Part shown: in pieces, positions 35,334 to 43,700 of the stretch
Layout of the letters: each line of letters starts with the position of its first letter
How positions within the stretch are numbered: position 1 is the stretch's first letter
Origin: Anaerolineae bacterium
Lineage (GTDB): Bacteria; Chloroflexota; Anaerolineae; B4-G1; SLSP01
Direction: 5' to 3'
NCBI GenBank assembly: GCA_034676805.1
Contig: JAXDDO010000010.1
Location: 18,480 to 82,479 of the forward strand
DNA: 64,000 nucleotides
Program-made: the position numbers and the translations under genes
The notes under the pieces: generated by a model
Told to the model about the DNA's origin: nothing
The model's database searches: none
What the model saw: the letters and a program-made list of their open reading frames with translations, nothing else

Positions 35334-37457
35334 TCAGTCGATCAGCACGGCGGCAGAGCAGGGCGGCAGTTCAATCCCTTGCTCCGCGCTATGCCATGCA
35401 CCATCGTCAACGAGTCGATAGCGATTCAGGCGTACACCGTCATCGAGCACAGCCTGGACCGTGATGGTCTGGTGTTCGTCGAAGTTGGCGATAACAACGC
35501 CCGGCTTGCCGGTGATGCGATTGATGAAGACGGCGTAGGGGTGATGCGGCTTGCCGTCGCAGGTGACAGCCGCGCCCACTTCGTGGCGGAACTCGCCGTC
35601 CCAGAAGTAGTCGCGCAGCTCGGTGCGCAGCGCATCCATCTGCTTCCCGTAGGCCATAGTCATCGGATAGTCGTCCAGGTGCCCCTTGAAGTTGTAGGGC
35701 TCGTAGCTGATCGAATAGCGGTAGAGCAGGCACTGGTTGACCATGTTGCGGTCGTCGAAGCCGGTCACGGCGGTAATGAGCGGGACATCGGGCAGCATGT
35801 AGCGGCTGAGGGGGATGTGGTGTTTGCTCTCGCTGCGGTGGTACGATACGTGGTAGGCCTCGAACTCCCAATCGTACGCCGCTTCAGCGGCGAAGAGGAA
35901 GTCCGGGTTGCGCTCGCGGGCGATGGCGGCGAAGCGCTGGATGAGCAGGCGGTCGTTGGCGTAGACCGGCGCGCCCGGGCGGTGCCCGTGGCTCTCGTCG
36001 AAGCAGAGCAGGGCCGGGGTGTGGTGCAGGCATTCATCGAAGAGAATGCCGTCGGCGCCGAGGTCGAGTGTCTTGCGGAACTCCGCCTCACAGATGCGCA
36101 GGTATTCCTCGCTCAAGAAGCACATCGGCACGAGGCGCTTGGTGTTGATGTCGAGCAACTGCGTCAGTGTCTGGTACTGGTAACCGGGGTGCACCTGATA
36201 GTCGCCGTGGGGATCCTTGATGGCGTACTTCACCAGCTCGTTGCGGAACCACTCGGTCGCCCGGTCGGCCCAGGTAAACTTCGAGAAGAGGATGAGCTTG
36301 ACGCCCATAGCTTGGATCTGGGCGATGGCTTCTTTGAGCTCTTCGAATGTGCCCAGCCGTGGGTCGGGGTCGTGCGAGGGATTTCCCTGATCCTGACCGC
36401 CGAAGTTCCAGCCGGTCAGTTGGATGGCCTTGACGCCATGCCGGGCGCATTCCTCTCCCACCTTGGCCAGCTCCCGGAAGGGAATGCGGAGCTCGTCCTC
36501 CGGAGAGTTGAGGTGGATCTGCTGCCACGCGTGGGGCCCGCGCACCCAGGCGGGCAGCTCCGGCGTCTCCATCCACGTGTTGCGCCAGGCCTTATAGATG
36601 TCCACACCATGCTGCCAGCCGCCCCGGAAGGCCTCGATTGCTACCGGAGTCAGCGCGCGAGCCTCGCCGGGCAGGATATAGGGGACGTGCACCGCGGCGA
36701 AGCGTGTCGCGACGTCGTGTCCGGCAATGGTGGGCGTCTCGGGCACGCGCGCATCGATCGAGCTCCCGTAGCCGGGACGTAACTCGGCGTGCCATGCGAC
36801 AAGTTCGGCGCTGGGCTCTGTCACGCCGACGTAGAGTCCCTGGTCGGCGCTGCGCAGCAGGATGTAGGGCGACATGGGCGTACCAACCCCCGCGCTCCAC
36901 TGGGCGACCTGGGTCGGATAGTCGATGCCGTAGTAGCCGCGCATGTTCTGGAAGGTGGGCCACATCGGCCACTCGCTTGCTGTGGCGTACTGATAGAGGA
37001 ACCCGTTGAACCACTCGGCGCCTTGGGGATGCGCCACATCGCCCAGGTAAGGGCAGTAGACGACCTCGACGGTGTAGGGGGAGCCGTTGTCGACCGTCAG
37101 CGCAAAGACGGCCTGCCGTGCACTTAGCCCAACACGCAGTGTGAGGGCGATATCGAGCGGACCGCCGATCTCTGACGTCACCCCATCCCATACAAAAGTG
37201 GCATTGCGGCCGTCAGCGGTGGCCTCCAGGGCGGTCAGCCGCTGTTTCTCGCCCAGGACGGCGTTGTTCCGTCGGCCGCTGAGCCAGTTGTCCTCCGATC
37301 GGCGCAGCGGCACCAGCAACCGGAATGAAAGCCCCAGGTGCGGGCGGTTGAGCACGGCCCAGCCGGTCTCCACGCTCGACAGGCCCACCAACGCGCCGGT
37401 CGCCCGATCAAAGGTCAGGCGCAGTGATTGATTCTCCAGGGTCAGCGTATCCATCAT
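35334..37457 (-). CDS. Glycoside-hydrolase-like TIM-barrel protein (uncharacterised family)
   Basis: 708 aa from ATG 37457, which follows a GGGAGGG RBS. The N-terminal beta domain opens LTLENQSLRLTFDRATGALVGL, and the central block is IQLTGWNFGGQDQGNPSHDPDPRLGTFEELK..I..IQAMGVKLILF. Family call is tentative. Confidence 0.55.
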   Translation of the reverse strand: MMDTLTLENQSLRLTFDRATGALVGLSSVETGWAVLNRPHLGLSFRLLVPLRRSEDNWLSGRRNNAVLGEKQRLTALEATADGRNATFVWDGVTSEIGGPLDIALTLRVGLSARQAVFALTVDNGSPYTVEVVYCPYLGDVAHPQGAEWFNGFLYQYATASEWPMWPTFQNMRGYYGIDYPTQVAQWSAGVGTPMSPYILLRSADQGLYVGVTEPSAELVAWHAELRPGYGSSIDARVPETPTIAGHDVATRFAAVHVPYILPGEARALTPVAIEAFRGGWQHGVDIYKAWRNTWMETPELPAWVRGPHAWQQIHLNSPEDELRIPFRELAKVGEECARHGVKAIQLTGWNFGGQDQGNPSHDPDPRLGTFEELKEAIAQIQAMGVKLILFSKFTWADRATEWFRNELVKYAIKDPHGDYQVHPGYQYQTLTQLLDINTKRLVPMCFLSEEYLRICEAEFRKTLDLGADGILFDECLHHTPALLCFDESHGHRPGAPVYANDRLLIQRFAAIARERNPDFLFAAEAAYDWEFEAYHVSYHRSESKHHIPLSRYMLPDVPLITAVTGFDDRNMVNQCLLYRYSISYEPYNFKGHLDDYPMTMAYGKQMDALRTELRDYFWDGEFRHEVGAAVTCDGKPHHPYAVFINRITGKPGVVIANFDEHQTITVQAVLDDGVRLNRYRLVDDGAWHSAEQGIELPPCSAAVLID

Positions 37458-37540
37458 CCCTCCCTCGTCTCCATTCACTCGTACGCATCTTTCATTCACA
37501 ATGAGGCGCTCCTCGGCCGCCGCGAGCCCCCTTCAGGCAA

Positions 37541-38821
37541 TCAGCCTGTTTCCTCGGCGACCCGGAAGATGCTGAACAGCGCCGCTGCCACAAGATGGAT
37601 GCCGCCGGCGACAAAGAAGACACCACGGATCCCGATCCAGCTCGAAAGCAGTGTGCCCAGCATCGGTGCGGCGAAGATCATAAGGCTGGCCAGCATCGTG
37701 TTGACGGCGATGAAGCTGGGCCGGCGGTCCGCCGGGCAGACTGCCAGTAACGTGTCGAAAAAGGAGAGGTTGACGCCGGTGACGAAGAATCCCTGAACGA
37801 GGGCGACCAGCGGCAGCCACACTTGACCTGGCACCAGCGCGGTAATCACCGGGTAAAACCCCACGCCAACGGTGCAGATGATGAGGGGGCGGAAATGGCC
37901 TTTGCGGCTTACGATCCGTCCCCACAACGCATAACCCGCGATGAGGGCGACCTGGTTCGTCGTCGTTTGCCAGCCGATCCACAGGTCTGAGGCACCCAGA
38001 TGCCGGATCCAATAGACGCTGTAGAGCGCTGTGGCCAGGTTCAGGCCCAGACGCAGCACCGTCGTTGTCAGCTCGTAGCGCACGAAGGCCGGCACCTGCA
38101 GGCTCCGCCAGTACGCACGGATCTGGCGCCCGATGGGCTGCGGTTCCACAGCCTGTGCCTGCGCTTGAACGTTCTCCGGGATGCGCATCAGGCCCCAGAC
38201 GATCATGCCCAACGAGCCCCCCACGAACGAGATGAGGAAGACGATCTGGTAGTTAAGCGGGAAGGGCAGCCGATCGAGCATGAACCCGAATGCGGCGACT
38301 GACACTGCCGTCACGATGCTCATCAGGGTCCAGCGCATTCCGTTGACGGCGGCGCGGCGATGGGGTGGAATGATCTCGGCAATGACCGCCATCCAGGATG
38401 ACTCGAGCAGCGCGTTGGCGATGCCCTTGACTGTCCAGAGGCCGATGATGAGCCCCACGAGCGCGTCATGGGCCAGAAAGGGCAGCAGCGCCGTGACGAG
38501 AATTGAGCCTCGGTGGAAGGCGCGGACGATGTTAGTGAACTTCACCAGGTCGCGCTGTCGTTGCACGATCTGGCCGGAGGGAATCGAGGAGAGCGCCAAG
38601 ACAATGGCGGGCAGTGAGGTCAGCAGGCTGACCTGCAACTCCGAAGCGCCCAGCCGCACGAGAAAAACCGAGATGAAGCTGAAAACGCCGCCGGTCATCA
38701 CGCCCTGGAGGGCAGTATCGACCGTGAAGTACAGGATGTTGCGGTTTTCGAGCGAGAGCTGCCCGGGTTGAAGCCACCGCACGTTTGCGCGCACGCCGCG
38801 CAGCACAGCTGAGAGCTGCAT
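37541..38821 (-). CDS. MFS transporter
   Basis: About 12 hydrophobic segments. Start trimmed to ATG 38821 (GAGG RBS). The track start 38938 would abut the tRNA. Confidence 0.8.
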   Translation of the reverse strand: MQLSAVLRGVRANVRWLQPGQLSLENRNILYFTVDTALQGVMTGGVFSFISVFLVRLGASELQVSLLTSLPAIVLALSSIPSGQIVQRQRDLVKFTNIVRAFHRGSILVTALLPFLAHDALVGLIIGLWTVKGIANALLESSWMAVIAEIIPPHRRAAVNGMRWTLMSIVTAVSVAAFGFMLDRLPFPLNYQIVFLISFVGGSLGMIVWGLMRIPENVQAQAQAVEPQPIGRQIRAYWRSLQVPAFVRYELTTTVLRLGLNLATALYSVYWIRHLGASDLWIGWQTTTNQVALIAGYALWGRIVSRKGHFRPLIICTVGVGFYPVITALVPGQVWLPLVALVQGFFVTGVNLSFFDTLLAVCPADRRPSFIAVNTMLASLMIFAAPMLGTLLSSWIGIRGVFFVAGGIHLVAAALFSIFRVAEETG

Positions 38822-38964
38822 GGTTGTAGGACCTCGGTGATAGTATTTGGTGTGATGGTAGCACAGGCGGGGGGATCTGGCTAGCCGGTGGCCGCTCTGG
38901 GATCCGCCGGTCTGATCGGCAAAAAAAGAGCCCGGCACATCAACGTGCCAGGCCGCCCAATCAA

Positions 38965-39038
38965 TGGGTCGTGCAGGATTCGAACCTGCGGCCCTGGGCT
39001 TAAAAGGCCCCTGCTCTGCCGGACTGAGCTAACGACCC
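38965..39038 (-). tRNA. tRNA-Lys (anticodon UUU)
   Basis: The minus strand reads GGGTCGTTAGCTCAGTCCGGCAGAGCAGGGGCCTTTTAAGCCCAGGGCCGCAGGTTCGAATCCTGCACGACCCA. It folds as a cloverleaf with a 7-bp acceptor stem, GCTC/GAGC D stem, anticodon loop CTTTTAA and GCAGG/CCTGC T stem with TTCGAAT loop. The 5' and 3' thirds are near-identical to E. coli tRNA-Lys. CCA is not encoded. Confidence 0.92.
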
Positions 39039-39049
39039 AAGTGGGCAGG

Positions 39050-39077
39050 AGTATAGCATGCGGGGATGGGAAGTCAA
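39050..39077 (-). promoter_or_regulatory. Promoter for tRNA-Lys (TTGACT-16-TATACT)
   Basis: Minus strand reads TTGACT (39077-39072), a 16-nt spacer, then TATACT (39055-39050). The -10 ends 11 nt before the mature tRNA 5' end. Confidence 0.6.
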
Positions 39078-39132
39078 ACTTACGGTTGTCGTTGTTGGAG
39101 GCCTGTCGCCAGGCCAACTTCATCCCAATCCT

Positions 39133-39167
39133 CGCCCCGAGTCTGTCCCTTCGACGGGCTCGGGGCG
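39133..39167 (-). terminator. Hairpin after repeat-protein gene A
   Basis: CGCCCCGAG (39133-39141) pairs with CTCGGGGCG (39159-39167), about 20 nt beyond the stop at 39187. Confidence 0.45.
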
Positions 39168-39186
39168 ATCCATCTGAAGCCACCTA

Positions 39187-39687
39187 TCAGTGGTAAGCTC
39201 CCGAAATGGCGGTCAGGCGCGCGACGTCCTCTCTGTGGGCGCGCATGCCCTCTGCGCGGGCCCTCGCATAGAACTCGGCGAGTGTGACAAACTGAGATCG
39301 TACGGGCGCCCGGCGATTGGCGTGGGGCCCGGCTATGGACGAAAGCCGTGCCACATTCTCCCTGTAAGCCTGTAGACCCTCCTCGCGTGCCCTTGCGTTG
39401 AGCTCGGCTAAGGTTGCCAGCCGGGGCTGCCTCGCCGCGAGCGCTCTCGCTTGGGCCCCGGATATGGCGGACAGTCTCACGAACTCAGAGCAGTAATCGA
39501 GTGCACTGGTCCTTGAGACCCCAGCGCAATGGTCGGCGGGCATCACCGAAAGGGGGGTCGACTCCGGGGCTCCCTGTGTTTGGAGGCGTATCAACAGCCC
39601 TCCGGTGAGCGCGATTGTCGTGATGCCCACAAGCAAAGCCCACCACCGTAGTGATCGTCTAGCTATCGGTCGTGTTTGGCGCGTCAA
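39187..39687 (-). CDS. Exported/membrane-anchored Ala/Arg-rich repeat protein, paralog A
   Basis: TTG start at 39687 lies 7 nt after AGGAGG. The N-terminus RRSLRWWALLVGITTIALTGGLLIRLQTQGA is a TM/signal anchor homologous to paralog B. Internal repeats include ARLSAISG, VARLSSIAG, VARLTAISG and LAE(L/F)(N/Y)ARAR(E/A)EG(L/M)(Q/R)A(Y/H)RE(N/D)VARL. Confidence 0.65.
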   Translation of the reverse strand: MTRQTRPIARRSLRWWALLVGITTIALTGGLLIRLQTQGAPESTPLSVMPADHCAGVSRTSALDYCSEFVRLSAISGAQARALAARQPRLATLAELNARAREEGLQAYRENVARLSSIAGPHANRRAPVRSQFVTLAEFYARARAEGMRAHREDVARLTAISGAYH

Positions 39688-39746
39688 TGCATGACCTCCT
39701 GTTGAACCTTCTCTGTCGCAGACCTCTGGTGTGGCCTACATCCTGC

Positions 39747-39803
39747 ATACATGATAAGGCTAGGTCGTTCTAGGGCGTCTGTTGGGGCGTTTTCTAGCGT
39801 GAT
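39747..39803 (-). promoter_or_regulatory. Conserved upstream block A: four phased ACGC boxes plus a -10-like TATCAT
   Basis: Minus strand reads ATCACGCTAGAAAACGCCCCAACAGACGCCCTAGAACGACCTAGCCTTATCAT. About 40 of 57 positions are identical, without gaps, to block B at 40555-40611. The ACG cores are spaced 10, 12 and 10 nt apart. The -10-like hexamer is at 39756-39751. Confidence 0.5.
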
Positions 39804-39860
39804 GCACGATGGTGAGTTTGGCGTGGGCCCAGATCTCGGCCGGCTGCGGCACGCAACTGA

Positions 39861-39890
39861 CCCCGGACGCGATGCCCATCGCGTCCGGGG
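39861..39890 (-). terminator. 14-bp hairpin after repeat-protein gene B
   Basis: CCCCGGACGCGATG pairs with CATCGCGTCCGGGG, about 28 nt beyond the stop at 39918. Confidence 0.5.
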
Positions 39891-39917
39891 CGGTGGCTTC
39901 AATGAGTGTGCGGTGTG

Positions 39918-40496
39918 TTAGCGGGCGAGGAAGGTCACCATCTCCGGTGACATACTGTCAGGGCTCGCGCCCAGCTCCCTAGCCAGGCCGGTCCAGCGCG
40001 CCGCGTCAGCCATCTGAGTGCGCGTAAGCCCATTGTAGCTGCCAATTCCGGTGTAGTGTTCCGCCAAAGCTGTAAGCCGCGCGGCATCGGCGTGGTGCGC
40101 GCGGGCCAGCCGGGCTGCTCGCGCAGCAGCGTAGGACTCAGCCAGAGCCGTGAGGCGTGCAGTCTCCGCTGCTCGTGCTCGAAGAAGATGTGACTCTGGC
40201 GGCAACGCCGGTCGACTCCCAAAGTAGAGCGCGATTCCCGTCAGCCGCGCGGCCTCTGCCGCCTGGGCGCGAGTAAGGTGGCTTGGGTTGACGGAAGCCT
40301 CATAGTAGGCCGCCAACCCGGTCAGCCGGGCGGCAGCGGCGATCTGAGCACGATCTGCGGTCTCAGGGCTGTTGCGGGCGCCTTGTGTCTGTGCCCGAAC
40401 CAACAGGCCTGCTAAGGCCAAGACCACGAGAAGTAGACCCAGTAACCCCCACCATCGCCATGATCGTCTGGTCGTAAACTGTGCGTGCTGTGTCAT
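39918..40496 (-). CDS. Exported/membrane-anchored Ala/Arg-rich repeat protein, paralog B
   Basis: The N-terminus RRSWRWWGLLGLLLVVLALAGLLVRAQTQGA is followed by five copies of an approximately 25-30-aa unit ending AARLTGLA..Y (AARLTGLAAYYEA, AARLTGIALYFG, TARLTALAESYAA, AARLTALAEHYTG, AARWTGLARELGA). Confidence 0.7.
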   Translation of the reverse strand: MTQHAQFTTRRSWRWWGLLGLLLVVLALAGLLVRAQTQGARNSPETADRAQIAAAARLTGLAAYYEASVNPSHLTRAQAAEAARLTGIALYFGSRPALPPESHLLRARAAETARLTALAESYAAARAARLARAHHADAARLTALAEHYTGIGSYNGLTRTQMADAARWTGLARELGASPDSMSPEMVTFLAR

Positions 40497-40554
40497 GGAA
40501 GCACCCCCCTGCTTGTCACCCTGTATTCTGGATGTCTCTCGGTGACTTACTAAG

Positions 40555-40611
40555 ATGCAGCATACGGCACGGGCGTCCTGCAGCGTATTGTGAGGCGTTC
40601 TCCAGCGTGAT
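40555..40611 (-). promoter_or_regulatory. Conserved upstream block B: four phased ACGC boxes plus a -10-like TATGCT
   Basis: Minus strand reads ATCACGCTGGAGAACGCCTCACAATACGCTGCAGGACGCCCGTGCCGTATGCT. The -10-like hexamer is at 40564-40559. The distal box abuts the divergent + strand TATAAT at 40631-40636, upstream of the SARP gene. Confidence 0.5.
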
Positions 40612-40740
40612 TTCCTGCTTCCATAAGTGCTATAATGACAAAAGGGTATATTGGTTGCGGATGTACTTGGGGGCTGACGACGGACTGGGCGACCTGTTCG
40701 TGCGATCGCGCCGGTGGTGTTCGTAGGCGGGAGGCGGTCG

Positions 40741-43700
40741 ATGATGATCCGGAAGGTGCTCCAGATCCGTGTGCTGGGGCAGTTTGACGTTCGCTGCGAT
40801 GATCGCGCGATCGGTATTTCCTCTCGGCCGGCGCAATCCCTCTTTGCCTACCTCGCGATGAACGCGGGGCTCACCCATCGCCGCGAGAAGCTGGCGGGCC
40901 TACTCTGGCCCGATTCGACGGAGAGCAACGCCCGGACATATCTCCGCCAGGCGCTTTGGCGGGTGCGGAAGGCGATGGAAACCGCTGGGATCAGCTGTGA
41001 GACTTACCTGGAGGTCGATGACCTGGCGCTGCGTTTCCCCGCTGAGGCCCCGTACTCGCTCGATGCTGCGGTGCTTCTCGAGTTGTCTCCTTCCGGGGGT
41101 TGGTCTGTGGAAGAACTCCAAGCCGCGGTGTCCGCCTACCGGGGAGAGTTTCTCCCAGGGTTCTACGACGAGTGGACGGTGGTCGAGCGTGAGCGGCTCC
41201 TGGCCGCCTTTGATCGCAAGATGCGGCTGCTGACCGACCATCTCCAGGCGCAGCAGCGCTGGAATGATGTCCTTGTGTGGGCTGAGCGTTGGGTCAGCCT
41301 GAGCCGGGTTCCGGAGCCGGCCTATGTCGCGATGATGACCGCCCATGCCGGGTTGGACGACATTCCCGCGATGCACATGACGTACGAGCGTCTTGCGGAG
41401 GCGTTGGATCGTGAGCTGGGGATGGCGCCGTCGGACGAGGTTTGCAGCTTGCGGGAACGCCTTGGGCATGGAACACCCCCTCTGCTTGTGCCGACCGTGC
41501 CCCTGGTCGAGACCGAGGCGTGGAGCTGTGCCCCTTCAGGGCTCGCCCCGACAACGGGTTTGCCTCCTTACAAGGGCCTAGCTTTCTACAATGTCGAGGA
41601 CACGGATCTCTACTTCGGGCGCGAGCGGCTGGTCGGCGACCTTGTCGATCGGCTGCATACCTATCCACCGCTGCTGATCATCGTGGGGGCGTCGGGCTCT
41701 GGCAAGTCCTCGCTCCTGCGGGCCGGTCTCGTGCCAGCCATCATGCGCGGCCCAGAGGGTCAACGCTGGGCCGTTAGGATTCTAGACCCTACGGCGCATC
41801 CGCTGCAGGCATTGGCGATTGCTCTCGTTGGTCAAGATGGCGCCAACGAAACCCTAGCTATGGAAAAACCGCTGGAAGAGGATCTCGGTATCCGACGCGC
41901 AGTTGAAGCGCTTCTGGAGCGGGAAGGTGCAAGCCGGATGCTCTTGGTCGTTGACCAGTTCGAGGAGTTGTTCACGCTTTGCCGGGATGAGCAGGAGCGC
42001 AGCGCCTTTGTCGATGCGCTTGTGCAGGGGATTGATCCGTCGATAGATGGTGTCCTGAGCGTCGTAATAGCTTTGCGAGCTGACTTCTACGACCGTTGTG
42101 CTGACTTCCCGGCTTTGCGCGATGCACTCAGTGACCATCAGGTCTACGTGGGGGCGATGACACCTCAGGAGTTGCGCCGGGCGATCGAGGAGCCAGCCGC
42201 GCGCGGAGGATGGACCTTCGAGCCGGGACTCGTTGACTTGATCCTGCACGACGTTCGGAACGAACCGGGCGCATTGTCGCTGCTATCGCATGCGCTCCTG
42301 GAGACCTGGCAGCGTCGCACGGGATGCATGCTGACGCTTGCGGGTTATGCCGAAGCTGGCGGAGTACGCGGTGCGGTTACCCGGACAGCGGAGGCGTTCT
42401 ACAACCGCCGGTTGTCGCCGCTACAGCAAGGGATTGCGCGCGCCATCTTCCTCCGGCTGACTGAACCAGGTGAAGACGGGCCGCCCACACGTCGGCGGGT
42501 GGCGCGCCACGAACTAGCGCTATCCGGGGTTGCGCCTGCGGAGGTCACGCACGTGCTTGATCTCCTGTCTGACGCCCGCCTGGTTACGCTTGGGATCGAG
42601 ACGGTCGAGGTGACCCACGAGGCCCTGATTCGTGAATGGCCCACCTTGCGGCGTTGGCTCGCCGAGGATCGTGAAGGGCTCAGAATTCACCATCACCTCA
42701 CCGAGGCTGCACAGGCTTGGGAAGCTTTAGATCGTGACCCGGGCGCGCTCTATCGCGGGACACGGCTTGTCCAGGCCGAGTTCTGGGCACAATCGCATGC
42801 GATGACACTCAATCCTTTGGAATACGAGTTCCTCGAGGCCGCTGTGGCCCAGCGAACGGGCGAGGTCGCCGAACATCAGGCGCAACAAGAACGCGATATC
42901 GAGGCGGCACGGCGGGCGGCGGAGGCCGAACGGGCTCGGGCCGAGGCTCACGCGCAATACGGGCACCGTCTCCGCTGGTTGGTCTTGGGGCTCAGTTGCG
43001 CGCTCTTGATGGCTGTGCTCGCGGTAGGTCTGGCGATTGAGCAACGGAGTCGTGCTGAGAGGCAGGCGCACCTCGCCCGGGCCCGTGAGTTAGCGGCGGC
43101 CTCAGTCAGTGCTCTCACCGTTGACCCGGAGTTGAGCATTCTCCTGGCCTTGCGTGCCGTATCCGAGACGACGGCAAGTGACCTACCCGCCGTACCGGAG
43201 GCGGTGGAATCCTTGCACAAAGCTGTGATAACGTCGCGGCTGCGCGCTGTGTTCACGGGGCAGGGACAGGAGGTCACCGATCTGGCTTTGAGCCCAGACG
43301 GGAAGTGGCTGGGTGTAGCGGGCCGCGGCGGGGCGGTGTACGTTTGGGACGTGAAGACCGGCCAAGCGTTGCGCGTCTTGTCAAGTGGCGCATTCCATGC
43401 GATCACTGCCGTCGCCTTCGATCCCCAAGGCACGATGGTGGCCTCGGTCGATGATCGAGGAACCATCACGATCTGGGACTGGGCCGAGGGGCACCCACTG
43501 GAGACGATGCAGGGCAGTTCGTCCGTCAGGGCCTTGGTCTTCAGCCCTTCAGGAACCCTTGTCGCTTTCTTGCGGTATGGTGAGAGTGTTCATATCTGGG
43601 ACGTTGTCACCGGCCAGATCGTCGCTGAAGTTGGCGACAGCGCGCAGCAGCTTGTGGATCTAGCTTTCTCGCCAGACGGAACCATGCTGGCCGTGGCAAG

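Noticed and set aside
33630-36782. Two long plus-strand ORFs (451 aa and 596 aa)
   Set aside because: They are antisense to the two glycosidase-like genes. They have low-complexity Arg/Gly/Val/Asp-rich translations and no RBS. The minus-strand genes have ordinary composition and operon spacing.
38822-39186. tRNA-Lys as an attachment site of an integrated element
   Set aside because: There is no integrase, excisionase or phage/conjugation gene on either side. I noticed no direct repeat of the tRNA 3' end. The flanking genes look like ordinary chromosomal operons.
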